A stretch of DNA of 64,000 nt, from the NCBI GenBank assembly GCA_963847705.1, contig CAWKBC010000001.1, positions 128,001 through 192,000 of the forward strand. The letters are read 5' to 3'. Position numbers and translations under genes: made by a program. The notes under the pieces were generated by a model, which worked only from the letters and a program-made list of their open reading frames with translations, was not told the origin of the DNA and did no database searches. Below, piece after piece: positions 28,570 through 38,924 of the stretch (positions within the stretch are counted from its first letter, which is position 1; each line of letters starts with the position of its first letter). The stretch comes from an uncultured Pseudomonadota bacterium. Its GTDB lineage: Bacteria > Myxococcota_A > Polyangia > Fen-1088.

Positions 28570-29695
28570 ATGAGATCCAAGGTCCTGTTCTCCGGTCTGG
28601 CGACGTGCCTGGCGCTCGGGGGATGCGGCTCGGGCGGCACTGATTCGGGTATGACAGCGGGCTCCGGCGGCGCGGCCAGTACTGGTGGGGCCACCGGCTC
28701 CGGTGGGGGCCCTGCCTCCGGCGGAACCACCGGCTCCGGCGGTAAGACCGGCTCGGGAGGGACGACCGGCTCCGGTGGGGTGACCGGCTCGGGCGGGACG
28801 ACCGGCTCGGGCGGGGTGACCAGCACGGGAGGGACCACCGGTTCCGGTGGGACGATTGGCACGGGAGGCGTCACCGGTGTGGCTGGCCGCGGCGGCATGA
28901 CCGGCTCGGGTGGCGCGGCCGGGCGCGGCGGCGTGACCGGTTCTGGCGGGGCAGCCGGGCGGGGCGGCACCACGGGGTCGGGCGGCACCACCGGATTCTG
29001 GAGGCTCCGGCACCGACGGCGGCGTGACGGTCGATTGCTCGGCCACGCTGCCCACCGGCGGAACGACCTACACCGGAACCAACATCAACGGCAGCGCCGA
29101 CGGGCTCGGCTATGGGATCTGGACGAACGGAAGCGGCGGGAGCATCACCGTCTTCCCCAACGCCCACGCGTTCTCGACCTCCTGGAACAACAGCCAGGAC
29201 TTCCTGGCCCACCTCGGCCTCGATTTCAACTCCTCGAAGGCTTACACGGCCTACGGGACCATCGAGGCGCAGTTCTCCGAGGTGAAATCAGGAAGCGCCG
29301 GCGGCTTCTCATCCATCGGAATGTACGGATGGATGCACAGCCCGTGTGTCGAGTGGTACATCAACGAAGACTCGTTCAACGGTCTCGCCCCGCGCGGCAG
29401 CGTCACCGCCGTCATCGACGGAGCCACGTACTACCTGACCACGACGACCACCACCGGAACCGGTGGCGCCAACGCCTGCGAATCTGGCCATACCGGTGGT
29501 TGGACTCAAATGATCAGCACCCGGAAAACGGCTCGCACCTGCGGCAACATCACCGTCAGCGATCACTTCGCGGCGTGGGCGAACCAGGGCTGGAGCTTGG
29601 GCACCCTCTCGTCGGTCCACATCAACGTCGAAGTGGGCGGCGGCTCCGGGAGCATTCAATTTCCGGTGGCAAACGTCACGACGACCAGCAAATGA
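28570..29695 (+). CDS. GH11 xylanase-like lipoprotein, split by a +1 frameshift near 28996
   Basis: Lipobox LGGC and linker in one frame; YGW, VEWYINE, IDGATY, ITVSDHFAAW, VEVGGGSGS in the next; rejoined by removing one T from GATTCTG. Confidence 0.75.
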
Positions 29696-29843
29696 CCCGC
29701 TCCTGACCAGGCTGGCCACCGGCCGTTTTCAAATCGACCCGGGGCGCCTCGGCGCTCGACGGCCCTCCCTCCACCGGCCGGCTTGGGCCTCAGGCTGTGA
29801 GCGTCGAGGAGGATCCGGCTCTCGATCTCGGGCGCGACGCCGT

Positions 29844-31001
29844 CTACTGGGCTCCGTAGACGGAGACGATGTTGGCCTGCACGGCGTCGTCGGCCGAGTC
29901 CGAGGAGTAGGCGGTGGTCATCACGCCTTCGAACCAGTTCCCGGTGGCGGCGTTGCTGTTGTCGCCGCCGGTGCCCAGGCCGATGGCGCCTTCCTTCCTC
30001 ATCGGCGTGTACCGCGTGCTGGGGCGCTGGCCGTCGAACGGTGTGGTCAGTCCGCCGGACTGCGCGTTGCCGCTCTTGATGGTCCAGTGGTTCTTGCCGG
30101 CGGCGTCGCCCTTCACCATCCCGGTGACGTAGCTGAAGGTCAGCGGCATGTTGTTGTCGTAGGGGCTCACGTTGCCAGCCCAGAGTCCGTTTTCGAGATC
30201 TCCCATCACCCAGGGACCGTTGTCAGCGCCTTTGCCCCAGATGGTGCAGTTTCCGAAGTAGACGGCTTCCATCGTCCCCTCGCCGTCGTCCCGGCTCGTG
30301 GTTTCCATGTTCCCGTAGTCGAAGCAGCACCCGCTGTTGTAGGGCGACCCGGCGACGACCATGTACTCGGTCTCGGGGTTGTCGCCGGTCGCGGTGCCAC
30401 AGGCCGTGTTGTTGCGATAGCCCACGCCGGGAACGATGTGGACGCCGTAGACGGCGTGGCCACCGAAGGTGGCCGAGACGGACTTCGCGTTCGCTTCGTT
30501 GTCGGGAGTCGTCTTGGCGCCGCCCGCGGGCGCCGAGGTGAGGTTGTTCCCGTTGCCCGACTGGTCATAGATGATCGAGATGGTGCAGGCGGCGGTGCCG
30601 CAGAAAGTGTCCTGGTCGGCCGAGCTGGCGAAGCCCCCCGGCGCGAGGACGCCGATGTCCATCGTCGTGCCGTCCGTCTTCTTGACCTGGTAGAGCGGTC
30701 CGCTGTACGCGGCGTAGAGAGCCCGAACCGTGCTGTGGGCCGCTACACACGCGCCACCGTCGGCGGCGTAGATGTCGCAAGGGCCGCCGGTCGGGCCGCT
30801 GGTGGTCGTCGGTACGCCTGTACAGGCCCTGGTGCCCGTACCGCCGGTGCCGGGGGTGCCGGTGGTGCCGCCCGAACCGACGGTGCCACCCGTCGAGGAG
30901 ACCTCTCCATCCGGCCGGTCCGCGGTGACCTTGCAGCCCAAGCACGAGACGCCCACGATCGCCACCAACGACAGCTTGGTCCCGAATCCTGTTTTTCTCA
31001 T
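29844..31001 (-). CDS. abfB: GH54 alpha-L-arabinofuranosidase B-like lipoprotein
   Basis: Lipobox CLGC; GPCDIY, CCFDYGN, TMEAVYFG, GDLENG, GGDNS; start moved to ATG 31001. Confidence 0.92.
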   Translation of the reverse strand: MRKTGFGTKLSLVAIVGVSCLGCKVTADRPDGEVSSTGGTVGSGGTTGTPGTGGTGTRACTGVPTTTSGPTGGPCDIYAADGGACVAAHSTVRALYAAYSGPLYQVKKTDGTTMDIGVLAPGGFASSADQDTFCGTAACTISIIYDQSGNGNNLTSAPAGGAKTTPDNEANAKSVSATFGGHAVYGVHIVPGVGYRNNTACGTATGDNPETEYMVVAGSPYNSGCCFDYGNMETTSRDDGEGTMEAVYFGNCTIWGKGADNGPWVMGDLENGLWAGNVSPYDNNMPLTFSYVTGMVKGDAAGKNHWTIKSGNAQSGGLTTPFDGQRPSTRYTPMRKEGAIGLGTGGDNSNAATGNWFEGVMTTAYSSDSADDAVQANIVSVYGAQ

Positions 31002-31013
31002 GGATAGGGGGGT

Positions 31014-31040
31014 TTGTCGGGGAGCAGGAATCTTTGTTAC
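31014..31040 (-). promoter_or_regulatory. Variant element GTAACAA-N15-GACAA upstream of the GH54 gene at 31001
   Basis: 12 nt before ATG; no Shine-Dalgarno. Confidence 0.6.
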
Positions 31041-31186
31041 GGTAAAGTGCCTCGACCGCACGAGCGGGGCCGTCTCTGGCCCTGGCCCCGGCCCCGGCTC
31101 AGACACCGGGTGACGCGCCGCAAGGCTACCGGTTTCGCTCGAGAGTCGATCTCCCGATTGATGGGAATGTAAGGTGGCATGCTCTT

Positions 31187-32020
31187 ATGGCTAACATGAT
31201 GGTCCGCGGACTGACGATCCTGACGCGCAAGGTGATCGTCACGCGCCGGTTTGGTGCCGACGCCTGGCTGCTGCTCTATCGCGACGTCGCCGGGGCGCAT
31301 CGCTCCTTCCGCTCGCTGATCACCTCCGAGACGCTGATCCCGCTCTCCGACTACCTCACCTTTCACGACGAGCTCGTTCGTCGTTTCTACAAGGACGACG
31401 ACAGCTCGCATTTCGCGCTCGGCAGGGAATCAGCGCGCTGGGCGCTGGTCGACGGGCCGTGCAAGTCGTTCCTGGAGCAGAAAGACCTGCGTGGGTTCGT
31501 CAGGTCGTTCCCGAAGTTCTGGGAGACCTATTTCTGGGAGACGACGAGCCGCTCGCAGGCTTCGCTGAACGGTGACTCGGTCGAGTTCAAGGCGTTCGAT
31601 CTGCCGCGCTGGCATCCTTACTTCGAGCATTTCGTCATGGGGTACATGACGGAGGCGCTGGAGATGTTCTGCGCGAACCCGATTGGCGCCACCCGACTGC
31701 GCGGCGGCGGCGGGGCGGGTTATCACTACCTGCTCCATACGGCGCCCACGGCGCTGGAGCTCTCGCCCGACCACGGCGGCAGCGCCTCGGGGCGGAGTTT
31801 GCCCGTGCGCGGAGCGTCGCCGCACCCCTCGAACCGGGAGCTCGAGGTCCTGCTCCTGGTGGCCGAGGGGAAGACCAATGAGGAGATCGGTCTGGTGCTG
31901 GGGATCTCCGGCAAGACCGTCCAGCACCACGTCGCGCGTGCCTACCGGAAGATCGACGTCACCGGCCGCGTCGGCGCCGCCATGTGGCTCGCCCAGCGCG
32001 GTCTGGTCGGCAAGAACTAG
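31187..32020 (+). CDS. LuxR-type HTH regulator with an uncharacterised N-terminal sensor domain
   Basis: C-terminal SNRELEVLLLVAEGKTNEEIG..LGISGKTVQHHV. Confidence 0.85.
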   Translation: MANMMVRGLTILTRKVIVTRRFGADAWLLLYRDVAGAHRSFRSLITSETLIPLSDYLTFHDELVRRFYKDDDSSHFALGRESARWALVDGPCKSFLEQKDLRGFVRSFPKFWETYFWETTSRSQASLNGDSVEFKAFDLPRWHPYFEHFVMGYMTEALEMFCANPIGATRLRGGGGAGYHYLLHTAPTALELSPDHGGSASGRSLPVRGASPHPSNRELEVLLLVAEGKTNEEIGLVLGISGKTVQHHVARAYRKIDVTGRVGAAMWLAQRGLVGKN

Positions 32021-32035
32021 AGCCGCGCACCGAGC

Positions 32036-33334
32036 TCAGGGCAGCGTGTACTTCTTCAGCATCGGCCAGACGATGTTGGCATTCGCCGCTTCGTGTCCGC
32101 CGTTGTTGTCCGTGCACAGCGTGACCTGAACACCCCCGCCGCACTGAGAGTACGTCTGACAGTTGTTTGAATCTGCCGCGCTGGGATTTCCGGTGCATCC
32201 GTCGAGGCTGGCCCATTTCTGAAAGGTGCCGACAGCTCCCAGAAAATCGATCGCCATGCCCGTGACCAGCGCCGAGTGCCCCCCGGCATAAGGCACGGTG
32301 GTGTCATTCTTGCCGCGCCACTCGATCATGGTGAGGGGACGCGCAGGCGCGCAATCCCCCTCGTTCTGTTGTGTCAGGTCGAAAGAGGCCGGCCCCGCGG
32401 CAGCAAAGAGATCCGCCGCATGACATCCGAGATAGTTCGACATGCCTCCGCCCATCGAGAAGCCCACCGCATACACGCGCTTGACGTCGATGCAGGCGAC
32501 CTTCTCCACCGCGGCCACCAGCGCCCTCGCAAAGGCCACGTCGTCGACGGCGACGCCGTTGATCGGCGAGGTGCAACAGCCCTCGATATCCCAGGCGTTT
32601 CCCAGATTCGGGCTTGGCTCTCCGTTGGGGAACGCCGAGACGACGCCTTCCTTGTCGATCACCGCGGGGTACGGCGAGCCGGACCTCCACTCGGTGTCGG
32701 AGCCGCCGATGGGATGAAAATCGACCACCAGTGGGACGGCCGTGGTACCGGTGTACCCGCTCGGCACGTGCAGGATGTATTCGCGGCTGAGCGTGCCGAC
32801 GGTGATCTTGGTGGTGGTGTCCCCGGCTTTCAAAGCGGTCGAAGGACAGGTCACCGATCCCCCTCCGGTTCCACCGGCGCCCGTACCTCCAGCTGTTCCG
32901 CCCGAGCCAGTCGCGCCGCTGCTGCCTCCATGGCCGCCGGTTCCCGCCGGGCCTCCTCCGGTTCCCGTGCCGCCGCTGCCCCCACCGAGGCCCGACAATC
33001 CGCCGGTGCTGCCGCCGGTGGCGCTGCCGCCGGTGCCGGTCGTGCCGCCGGTGCCGGTCGTGCCGCCGGTGCCGGTCGTGCCGCCGGACGACCTGCCGGC
33101 TGCGCCGCCGGTGGCCACGCTGCCGCCGGTGCCCGAGCCGATGCCCCCGGTTCCCGTGTTCGTCCCTCCGGTTCCGTGACCTCCGGTCTCCGAGCTGGAG
33201 CCGCCCGTGCTCGAGACAGAGCCGCCGCTCCCTCCAGGACCCGTCGAGTTACCCTGGTCGGTCCCGCACGCCGGTGGAAGAAGAACACCGACGAGGAACG
33301 TCGCTCTAAGACAGGCTTTCATTGAAGGTCGCAT
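32036..33334 (-). CDS. LpqC/PHB-depolymerase-like (CE1-like) esterase lipoprotein
   Basis: Lipoprotein signal and Gly linker; REYILHVP, PLVVDFH, VDDVAF, GFSMGG, GKNDTTVPY, GGH. Confidence 0.85.
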   Translation of the reverse strand: MRPSMKACLRATFLVGVLLPPACGTDQGNSTGPGGSGGSVSSTGGSSSETGGHGTGGTNTGTGGIGSGTGGSVATGGAAGRSSGGTTGTGGTTGTGGTTGTGGSATGGSTGGLSGLGGGSGGTGTGGGPAGTGGHGGSSGATGSGGTAGGTGAGGTGGGSVTCPSTALKAGDTTTKITVGTLSREYILHVPSGYTGTTAVPLVVDFHPIGGSDTEWRSGSPYPAVIDKEGVVSAFPNGEPSPNLGNAWDIEGCCTSPINGVAVDDVAFARALVAAVEKVACIDVKRVYAVGFSMGGGMSNYLGCHAADLFAAAGPASFDLTQQNEGDCAPARPLTMIEWRGKNDTTVPYAGGHSALVTGMAIDFLGAVGTFQKWASLDGCTGNPSAADSNNCQTYSQCGGGVQVTLCTDNNGGHEAANANIVWPMLKKYTLP

Positions 33335-33437
33335 AGGCTCTCCTCCGGGGGTTGATCTGCGTGCGAATATCGCCAGTGGCCCGCCAATACGGCAATAGGC
33401 CGATCGGCCCTAGCAGAGCTCAGGCGCTGCGCGGAGC

Positions 33438-34628
33438 TCAGAGAAGATGGGGGCTGATCGCGCCGTAGAACGAATCGCCCAGAACCGCATAGCCTGCCGT
33501 GTTCGGGTGCAGGTAGTTCGACATCTCCGTCGTCGTGTAGTTCGCGTCCTTGATGAAGGCGGCGTAGTTGTCGACGAAGATGACGTGCTTTCCGGCGGCC
33601 GCGCGGGTGCTGACCAGCCCGGGGATCGCCGCGTTGTAGGCCATCGCGTTCTTGTTGTTGGTGCCGTTGATTGGAATGATCGACGCGACGACCACCAGCG
33701 CGGTCGGTGAATCGGTGGTGATCTCGTCGATCAGGTTGCCGAGCCGCGTGGGCGCGTTGGCGACGTCGACGTTGCCGTTGACGTCGTTGGTCCCGATCAT
33801 CAGGAGCACGATGTTCGGGTGGTAGTTGGACATGGCCTGGTCGGTGATCGAACCGGAGATTCCATTGTTGCCGCCGCCGGTGTCGATGGTGTAGCCGTCG
33901 TGCCCTTCGTGCTTCTTGGGAAAGGTCTGGTTCTCGACGGTGTTGGGAGCGTTCGATGAGGTCTGCGACCCGACGAACGTGATGTTCTTGCCGGCCAGCA
34001 CCGCCTTGCTGAAGAGCTCGACGCGGTATCCGCCCACGCCGCCCGTCGGTAGCCATCCCTCGGTGATCGAGTCACCGAGGGGCAGGATCGCGCAAGCGGT
34101 CCCCGCTGTCGTGGGGCAGGGCATGTATTCGGTGCCAGAGGTCCCGGCGGTCCCTGAGGTGCCACCCCCGGAGGCACCGCCAGAGCCCAGCGCGCTGCCG
34201 CGCCCACCGGCGCCCCCGGACCCTGCCTCCGAGCCCCCGACGCCGCCCTTGCCAGCGGCTCCGCTCGCGCCCGACGTCCCACCCGTGCCGCCGGTGCCCG
34301 TCAGCCCGCCGGTGCCCGCTCCTCCACGGCCGCCGGAGCTCGTTCCACCGGAGCCACCCGCGCCTTCGCCGGTGGTTCCGCCCGTTCCGGCTGTTCCTCC
34401 GGTTCCGCTGCTCGTGCCACCGGTTCCGCTCTGCCCGCCGGTGGCAGGTCCGCTGCCGCCGGTCGAGACGTTCCCCCCGGTGCCCGTCTCGCCGCCGGTT
34501 CCAATCGTCCCGCCCGTGCCCGTCGTTTGATCGCCGCCGGTTCCGCCGCTGCCCTGGCCGCCCTCGCCGCCACCGCAACCCATGCAACCGACGGCGACGG
34601 CCAGCGCCAGGAGTGGTCGACGTCCCAT
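33438..34628 (-). CDS. SGNH/GDSL esterase lipoprotein (CE3-like)
   Basis: PLGDSIT, GGYR, FVGS, HEGHDG, IGTND, LHPNTAGY. Confidence 0.88.
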   Translation of the reverse strand: MGRRPLLALAVAVGCMGCGGGEGGQGSGGTGGDQTTGTGGTIGTGGETGTGGNVSTGGSGPATGGQSGTGGTSSGTGGTAGTGGTTGEGAGGSGGTSSGGRGGAGTGGLTGTGGTGGTSGASGAAGKGGVGGSEAGSGGAGGRGSALGSGGASGGGTSGTAGTSGTEYMPCPTTAGTACAILPLGDSITEGWLPTGGVGGYRVELFSKAVLAGKNITFVGSQTSSNAPNTVENQTFPKKHEGHDGYTIDTGGGNNGISGSITDQAMSNYHPNIVLLMIGTNDVNGNVDVANAPTRLGNLIDEITTDSPTALVVVASIIPINGTNNKNAMAYNAAIPGLVSTRAAAGKHVIFVDNYAAFIKDANYTTTEMSNYLHPNTAGYAVLGDSFYGAISPHLL

Positions 34629-34662
34629 GAAGGAACGCGCCCGCGGGCGACCGAACACGAGG

Positions 34663-36318
34663 TTACGGCTTTCCGACGAAGGTCGTCACGGACTGCCCGG
34701 CGAGCGACGCTGAGAACCGCCCCCCGGAAACGGAGATGGGCGTGCCGGCCGCCAGCTTGGAGCTGGACGTCGTCACGTACGGGGTGACGGACGCCGGCCA
34801 GGCGTTGCCCGCGACGAAGAACGAGACGTTCGCGGCTCCGCCACCGTTCACCACCACGATGGAGACCGTCCCGTCCGACAGGTTCGTGAACGCCACAACG
34901 AGTGGCGTGGTTCCGGACGCTTTGGGGGCGCCGCTGACGTCGACGCGGTAGTAGCCGGGGCGCACGTACTTGCTGAAGTTCCCCAGCGCGTAGACCTGCG
35001 GGGGCGGGCTGCTCGCGTTCGGCACCAGCGCCTCGGTCCACCAGTAATGCCACCCGCTCACGCCGCCGGTCGAGAACGCCGCGTAGATCATGGTGGCGAT
35101 GGTGATCGGTCCCGTGTCGCCCGGCGTGCACTCGGTCTCCCAGACGTGGTGCGTGTTGTTCGACGGGGGCGCTGGACGCCCATACGTCCCCGCGCTGGTG
35201 TTGCCGTAGTCGTGCGTGGCGATCGGTCCGACGAGGGAATTGGCCATCGAGTCGGCGATGATGGCGGGGCCATAGCCGTCGCCGCCCCAGATGTTGCCCC
35301 AGTTGTCAGGCTCGGCCGCCAGCACCTTGACCGGCGGGCTGAGCGCCGCCAGCGCCGGGCCCAAGACGTCGATCCAGGCCACCATCTGCGAGGCGTTGAA
35401 CAGGCACGACTGGTAGCTGGCCGTGAAATCGGGCTCGTTCTGGGCCGAGATCGCGTAGAGGTCCACGCCACCGTTCTTCTTGTAGAAGGCAGGAAACGCC
35501 GCGAGCACCTTGGACCACGAGGCGTAATCGCTCGAGTTCAGGTGGCCGCCGTTGTTGACGTTGTTGTTGTCCTTGTCTCCCGCGGGCGGTGACCAGGGCG
35601 CCGCCCACACCTTGCAATCGCTGCCGTTGAACTTCACGCAGGCCGTGCCGTCGGCGTATCCCGCGGAGCCCATGATGTTGGGCGAGCCGCTCGTGCCGTC
35701 GATGCCGACGCGGAGCAGGTTGAGCCCGATCCCGTTGACCGGGTCCCACAGCAGCGTCTGCATGGCCGTCGACGACGAGTTCTGCCAGACGTCGGCTTCG
35801 CCGAAGCCGTCGACGATCTGATAGGTCTTCGACGGAGTGACGGTGATGTCACCCGACTGGGCCGTTCCTGGCGTCTTCGTCCCCACGTACATCCCGCCGG
35901 CCCCGCCCGTGGCGGTGGGGGTGCCGCCGGTGCCGGTGCCGGTGCCGCCCGTGCCGATGCCGCCGGTGCCCGAACCACCGGTGCCCGGCCGGCCTGCCGA
36001 GCCTCCGGTCCCGCCCGTGGCGGTGGGGGTGCCGCCGGTGCCGATGGGACCGCCGTTACCGCCGGAACCACGCCCGGCACTCCCGCCGGAGTTACCGCCC
36101 GTGCTGACGATGCCGCCGGTGCCGAGGATGCCCCCCGTTCCGGTCGACCCACCCGTGCTGAAGTTGCCGCCCGTGGCAGTGTTGCCGCCGCTGCCGGTCT
36201 CCCCCCCTTCGGCGGAGGAGCCGCCAGTGCCCTCCGTGCTCATGGAACCATTGGCGCACGCCAATCCGCCTGTCAGCATCGTGGCGAGAAGAAGACGGCG
36301 CACGGTGTCGTATTGCAT
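34663..36318 (-). CDS. GH30 xylanase-like (XynC/GH30_8-type) lipoprotein
   Basis: Lipobox GLAC; WAAPWSPP, AQNEPDF, WETE, WHYWW, GNFSKYVRPG. Confidence 0.85.
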   Translation of the reverse strand: MQYDTVRRLLLATMLTGGLACANGSMSTEGTGGSSAEGGETGSGGNTATGGNFSTGGSTGTGGILGTGGIVSTGGNSGGSAGRGSGGNGGPIGTGGTPTATGGTGGSAGRPGTGGSGTGGIGTGGTGTGTGGTPTATGGAGGMYVGTKTPGTAQSGDITVTPSKTYQIVDGFGEADVWQNSSSTAMQTLLWDPVNGIGLNLLRVGIDGTSGSPNIMGSAGYADGTACVKFNGSDCKVWAAPWSPPAGDKDNNNVNNGGHLNSSDYASWSKVLAAFPAFYKKNGGVDLYAISAQNEPDFTASYQSCLFNASQMVAWIDVLGPALAALSPPVKVLAAEPDNWGNIWGGDGYGPAIIADSMANSLVGPIATHDYGNTSAGTYGRPAPPSNNTHHVWETECTPGDTGPITIATMIYAAFSTGGVSGWHYWWTEALVPNASSPPPQVYALGNFSKYVRPGYYRVDVSGAPKASGTTPLVVAFTNLSDGTVSIVVVNGGGAANVSFFVAGNAWPASVTPYVTTSSSKLAAGTPISVSGGRFSASLAGQSVTTFVGKP

Positions 36319-36411
36319 CGGGGGCTCCTCGTTTCAGGGGGCACCGGATTTCGTCACAGCACCAGCACTTCTGCTTCGCCGGACGAGACGGTGGGGTGGT
36401 CTCCTAGTTCA

Positions 36412-36438
36412 TTGCTCGTCGGCCGATGCAGTTGTCAC
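36412..36438 (-). promoter_or_regulatory. Variant element GTGACAA-N15-AGCAA upstream of the GH30 gene at 36318
   Basis: Degenerate second half-site; 93 nt before ATG. Confidence 0.45.
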
Positions 36439-36609
36439 CGAAAAGGAAAAAATCGTCCCAACAATCGAAGACCGCGGTGCAAAGACCGTTGCACGAATGC
36501 GGCCCGGAAGTGGGAGATGTAGTTAGGTGTAGTCCTTGCTAACGCGTGGGGCGGTGAATTTGGCCGTCGTCCGGCCACCGCGTCGCGTTCGCTGTTGGGT
36601 TCCGCGAGG

Positions 36610-38511
36610 TCAGGGCGTGACCCGGAGGGTCGCCCAGCCGTGGGCAGGGACCGTGAACTGGTAGAGCGTCTGCGAGAGCGCGCTGCCCACCCCCACCGTC
36701 GTCGCCGCAGCCGAGGAGGTCTTGTTGTAGACCTCCACGATGACGCTGCCGTCGGGGTTCTTGAAGGCGAGCGCGTCGTTGGTGCCCTGCGTCCCGATGC
36801 GGGTCGCGCCGGGAACGACGTAAGCCGAGAAGTGCCGAAAGGCGTAGTAGGCGGCCGTCGCCGTCAGCGTCTTCGCGGAGCGATCGACCACCAGCAGCGC
36901 GTCCTGGGGCCAGCCGTCCAGGCTCTTGCCGACGGTGTCGAGCACCATGTTCCAGGCGTTGTACGAGTTCACGCCGGCGGTGACCCAATCGCGGATCAGC
37001 TGCCAGCTCTCCTCTCCATAGGCGTGGTCGTTCGGCGGCTTGTTCGGGTTGTACTGGCTCATCTTCCAGTACGGCGTGTCGAAGTTGTAGTTGCCGCACT
37101 CGTGCTCGGTCTGCATCACCGGACCCTTGGGCGCCAGCGTCGCCGCCGTGCTCTGAAGGTTCCACTGCAGCCCGAAGCCCTTGACGTAGGCCAGCGACGC
37201 GGCGTCGCTCGCCACCGCCGTCGCGATGTTGGCGTCGGCGGGGGCCGACATCGTCCCGCACCAGATCTCGGCGGCGACGTTCTGTTGCGAGAACGTCGGC
37301 CCGAGGTACGTCTTGAAGAAGTTGATCAAGAGGGACTGGGCCCAGTGGACGCGGGCATAGCCGGGCTCGTTCTGGGGGTGGATGGCGGAGATCGTGATGC
37401 CGACCTTGCCGTACTCCTGCACGAACTTGGCGAGATAGAGCGCGTACGCCTGTTGCGTCTGGGCGTCGCTCTTCATGTTCGAGCTGCTGTCCTCCATCCA
37501 GCTCGGCGGAATCCAGGGGCTGGCCCAGAGGCGAAGGTCGGGCCGGACCTGTAGTGCGGCGTTGATGAACGGGATCAGCTTCTGTTGATCGCGGGAGATC
37601 GAGAACTTGGACATCGCGTAGTCGCCGGCCGTGTCGTCGAGCGTGTACCAGCTGAGCGCGTAGTCGCTCGCGCCGATGGGCACCCGGCCGTAGACGAACT
37701 TCGCGCCGGCCTGGTCGTCGAAGAGGAGCTTGATCGCGTTCGTCACCTGATCCGAGCTGAGGACCGAGAGCGCGTCCCAGCCGGCCTCGTTGAAGGCTCC
37801 GCCGAAACCGTCCCAGCGCTGGTACTTGGTGTTCTGGTCGACGACCAGGCCGGCCGTTCCGGTGGTCACCTTGGTGACCTGCCCCGAGATCCAGTAGGCG
37901 CCCGGACCGGAGGTCATCAGCTCGGGGGCAGGGGAAGCGCCGCCCGAACCGCCTCCGGTGCCTGGTTGGCCGCCGCTGCCGGGAGACCCACCCGACGCCG
38001 GGGCACCGCTGCCGCCGACCGCGCCGCTGCCGCCCGATGCGCTGCCGCCCAGCCCGCCGCCAGCGCTGCCGCCGGGCCCGCTGCCGCCGGACGCGCTGCC
38101 GCCGAGCCCGCTGCCGCCGGACGCGCTGCCGCCGGCGCTGCCGCCAGACGCGCTGCCGCCGGACGCGTTGCCGCCGGCCCCGTTCATCATGCCGCCCGAG
38201 CCGGTGCCGCCACCGGTTGCCGACCCTCCCGCGAGCACCGTGTTGATACAGGTGCCGAAGCTGGTGCAGTCGGTCATGGCCAAGCAGCCGTTGAGCGCGT
38301 TCTCGGAGTCGGATCGTCCGGCGCTGGACATGGACTGCAGGGAGTTGTTGACCACGTTCTTGCACTGGGCCGCGGTGATCCCCGAAAGAGAGTCGCAGTC
38401 ACCGGCCCTCTGACATACGGACCCGGCGAGGTCGTTGCCGCTCTGACGGCAGCCTGTGGCTCCCCCCGCCAGGATCCCGACGGCCATGGTTGCCGAGAAT
38501 ATCTTCCACAT
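36610..38511 (-). CDS. GH30 glycoside hydrolase lipoprotein (glucosylceramidase-like type)
   Basis: GFGGAFNE, RVPIGASDY, ASPW, QNEPG, QTEH, WNMVLD, HFSAYV.PGA, AFKNPDG; start moved to ATG 38511. Confidence 0.88.
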   Translation of the reverse strand: MWKIFSATMAVGILAGGATGCRQSGNDLAGSVCQRAGDCDSLSGITAAQCKNVVNNSLQSMSSAGRSDSENALNGCLAMTDCTSFGTCINTVLAGGSATGGGTGSGGMMNGAGGNASGGSASGGSAGGSASGGSGLGGSASGGSGPGGSAGGGLGGSASGGSGAVGGSGAPASGGSPGSGGQPGTGGGSGGASPAPELMTSGPGAYWISGQVTKVTTGTAGLVVDQNTKYQRWDGFGGAFNEAGWDALSVLSSDQVTNAIKLLFDDQAGAKFVYGRVPIGASDYALSWYTLDDTAGDYAMSKFSISRDQQKLIPFINAALQVRPDLRLWASPWIPPSWMEDSSSNMKSDAQTQQAYALYLAKFVQEYGKVGITISAIHPQNEPGYARVHWAQSLLINFFKTYLGPTFSQQNVAAEIWCGTMSAPADANIATAVASDAASLAYVKGFGLQWNLQSTAATLAPKGPVMQTEHECGNYNFDTPYWKMSQYNPNKPPNDHAYGEESWQLIRDWVTAGVNSYNAWNMVLDTVGKSLDGWPQDALLVVDRSAKTLTATAAYYAFRHFSAYVVPGATRIGTQGTNDALAFKNPDGSVIVEVYNKTSSAAATTVGVGSALSQTLYQFTVPAHGWATLRVTP

Positions 38512-38606
38512 TCGCGATCGCTCTTTTCTCTTCGCGCAGTCCGTCCGAGACGAAAGCCGGGCGCCGACCAAGGACAGCTGAGGCGCAGCGCTGGTCACTT
38601 CAAGAC

Positions 38607-38633
38607 TTGTCGTCTCGCGTCCCCGTTTGTCAG
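38607..38633 (-). promoter_or_regulatory. Bipartite element CTGACAA-N15-GACAA upstream of the GH30 gene at 38511
   Basis: Exact match; 95 nt before ATG. Confidence 0.7.
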
Positions 38634-38661
38634 AAGACCTCATCGCAGCGCGACGAAGGCG

Positions 38662-38922
38662 TCAGCGATGCAGGAGTCGGAGCATCGCCGTCAACCCGAT
38701 GAAGAGTGCCGCCGCCGAGAGGGACCAGAGGAGAACCAGCCGCAGGCGGCGTCGACGAGTGCGCCGGTCGTCCAGCGCACGCATCAACCTTTCGAACCCC
38801 GCTTTCGAGTCGAGTCCAGTCGCCGGAATCTCCAGGCCCAGGATGCGACTGACCTTGCTCCGCTCGATGAGCTCCTGGTCCTCTGAACCGAGGTTTCCCA
38901 TTTCTTCCAGGTCTCGATCCAT
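38662..38922 (-). CDS. Small single-pass membrane protein (86 aa)
   Basis: ATG 2 nt after the GH27 stop; amphipathic AGFERLMRAL, then RRRR, then a TM helix. Confidence 0.55.
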   Translation of the reverse strand: MDRDLEEMGNLGSEDQELIERSKVSRILGLEIPATGLDSKAGFERLMRALDDRRTRRRRLRLVLLWSLSAAALFIGLTAMLRLLHR

Positions 38923-38924
38923 CT

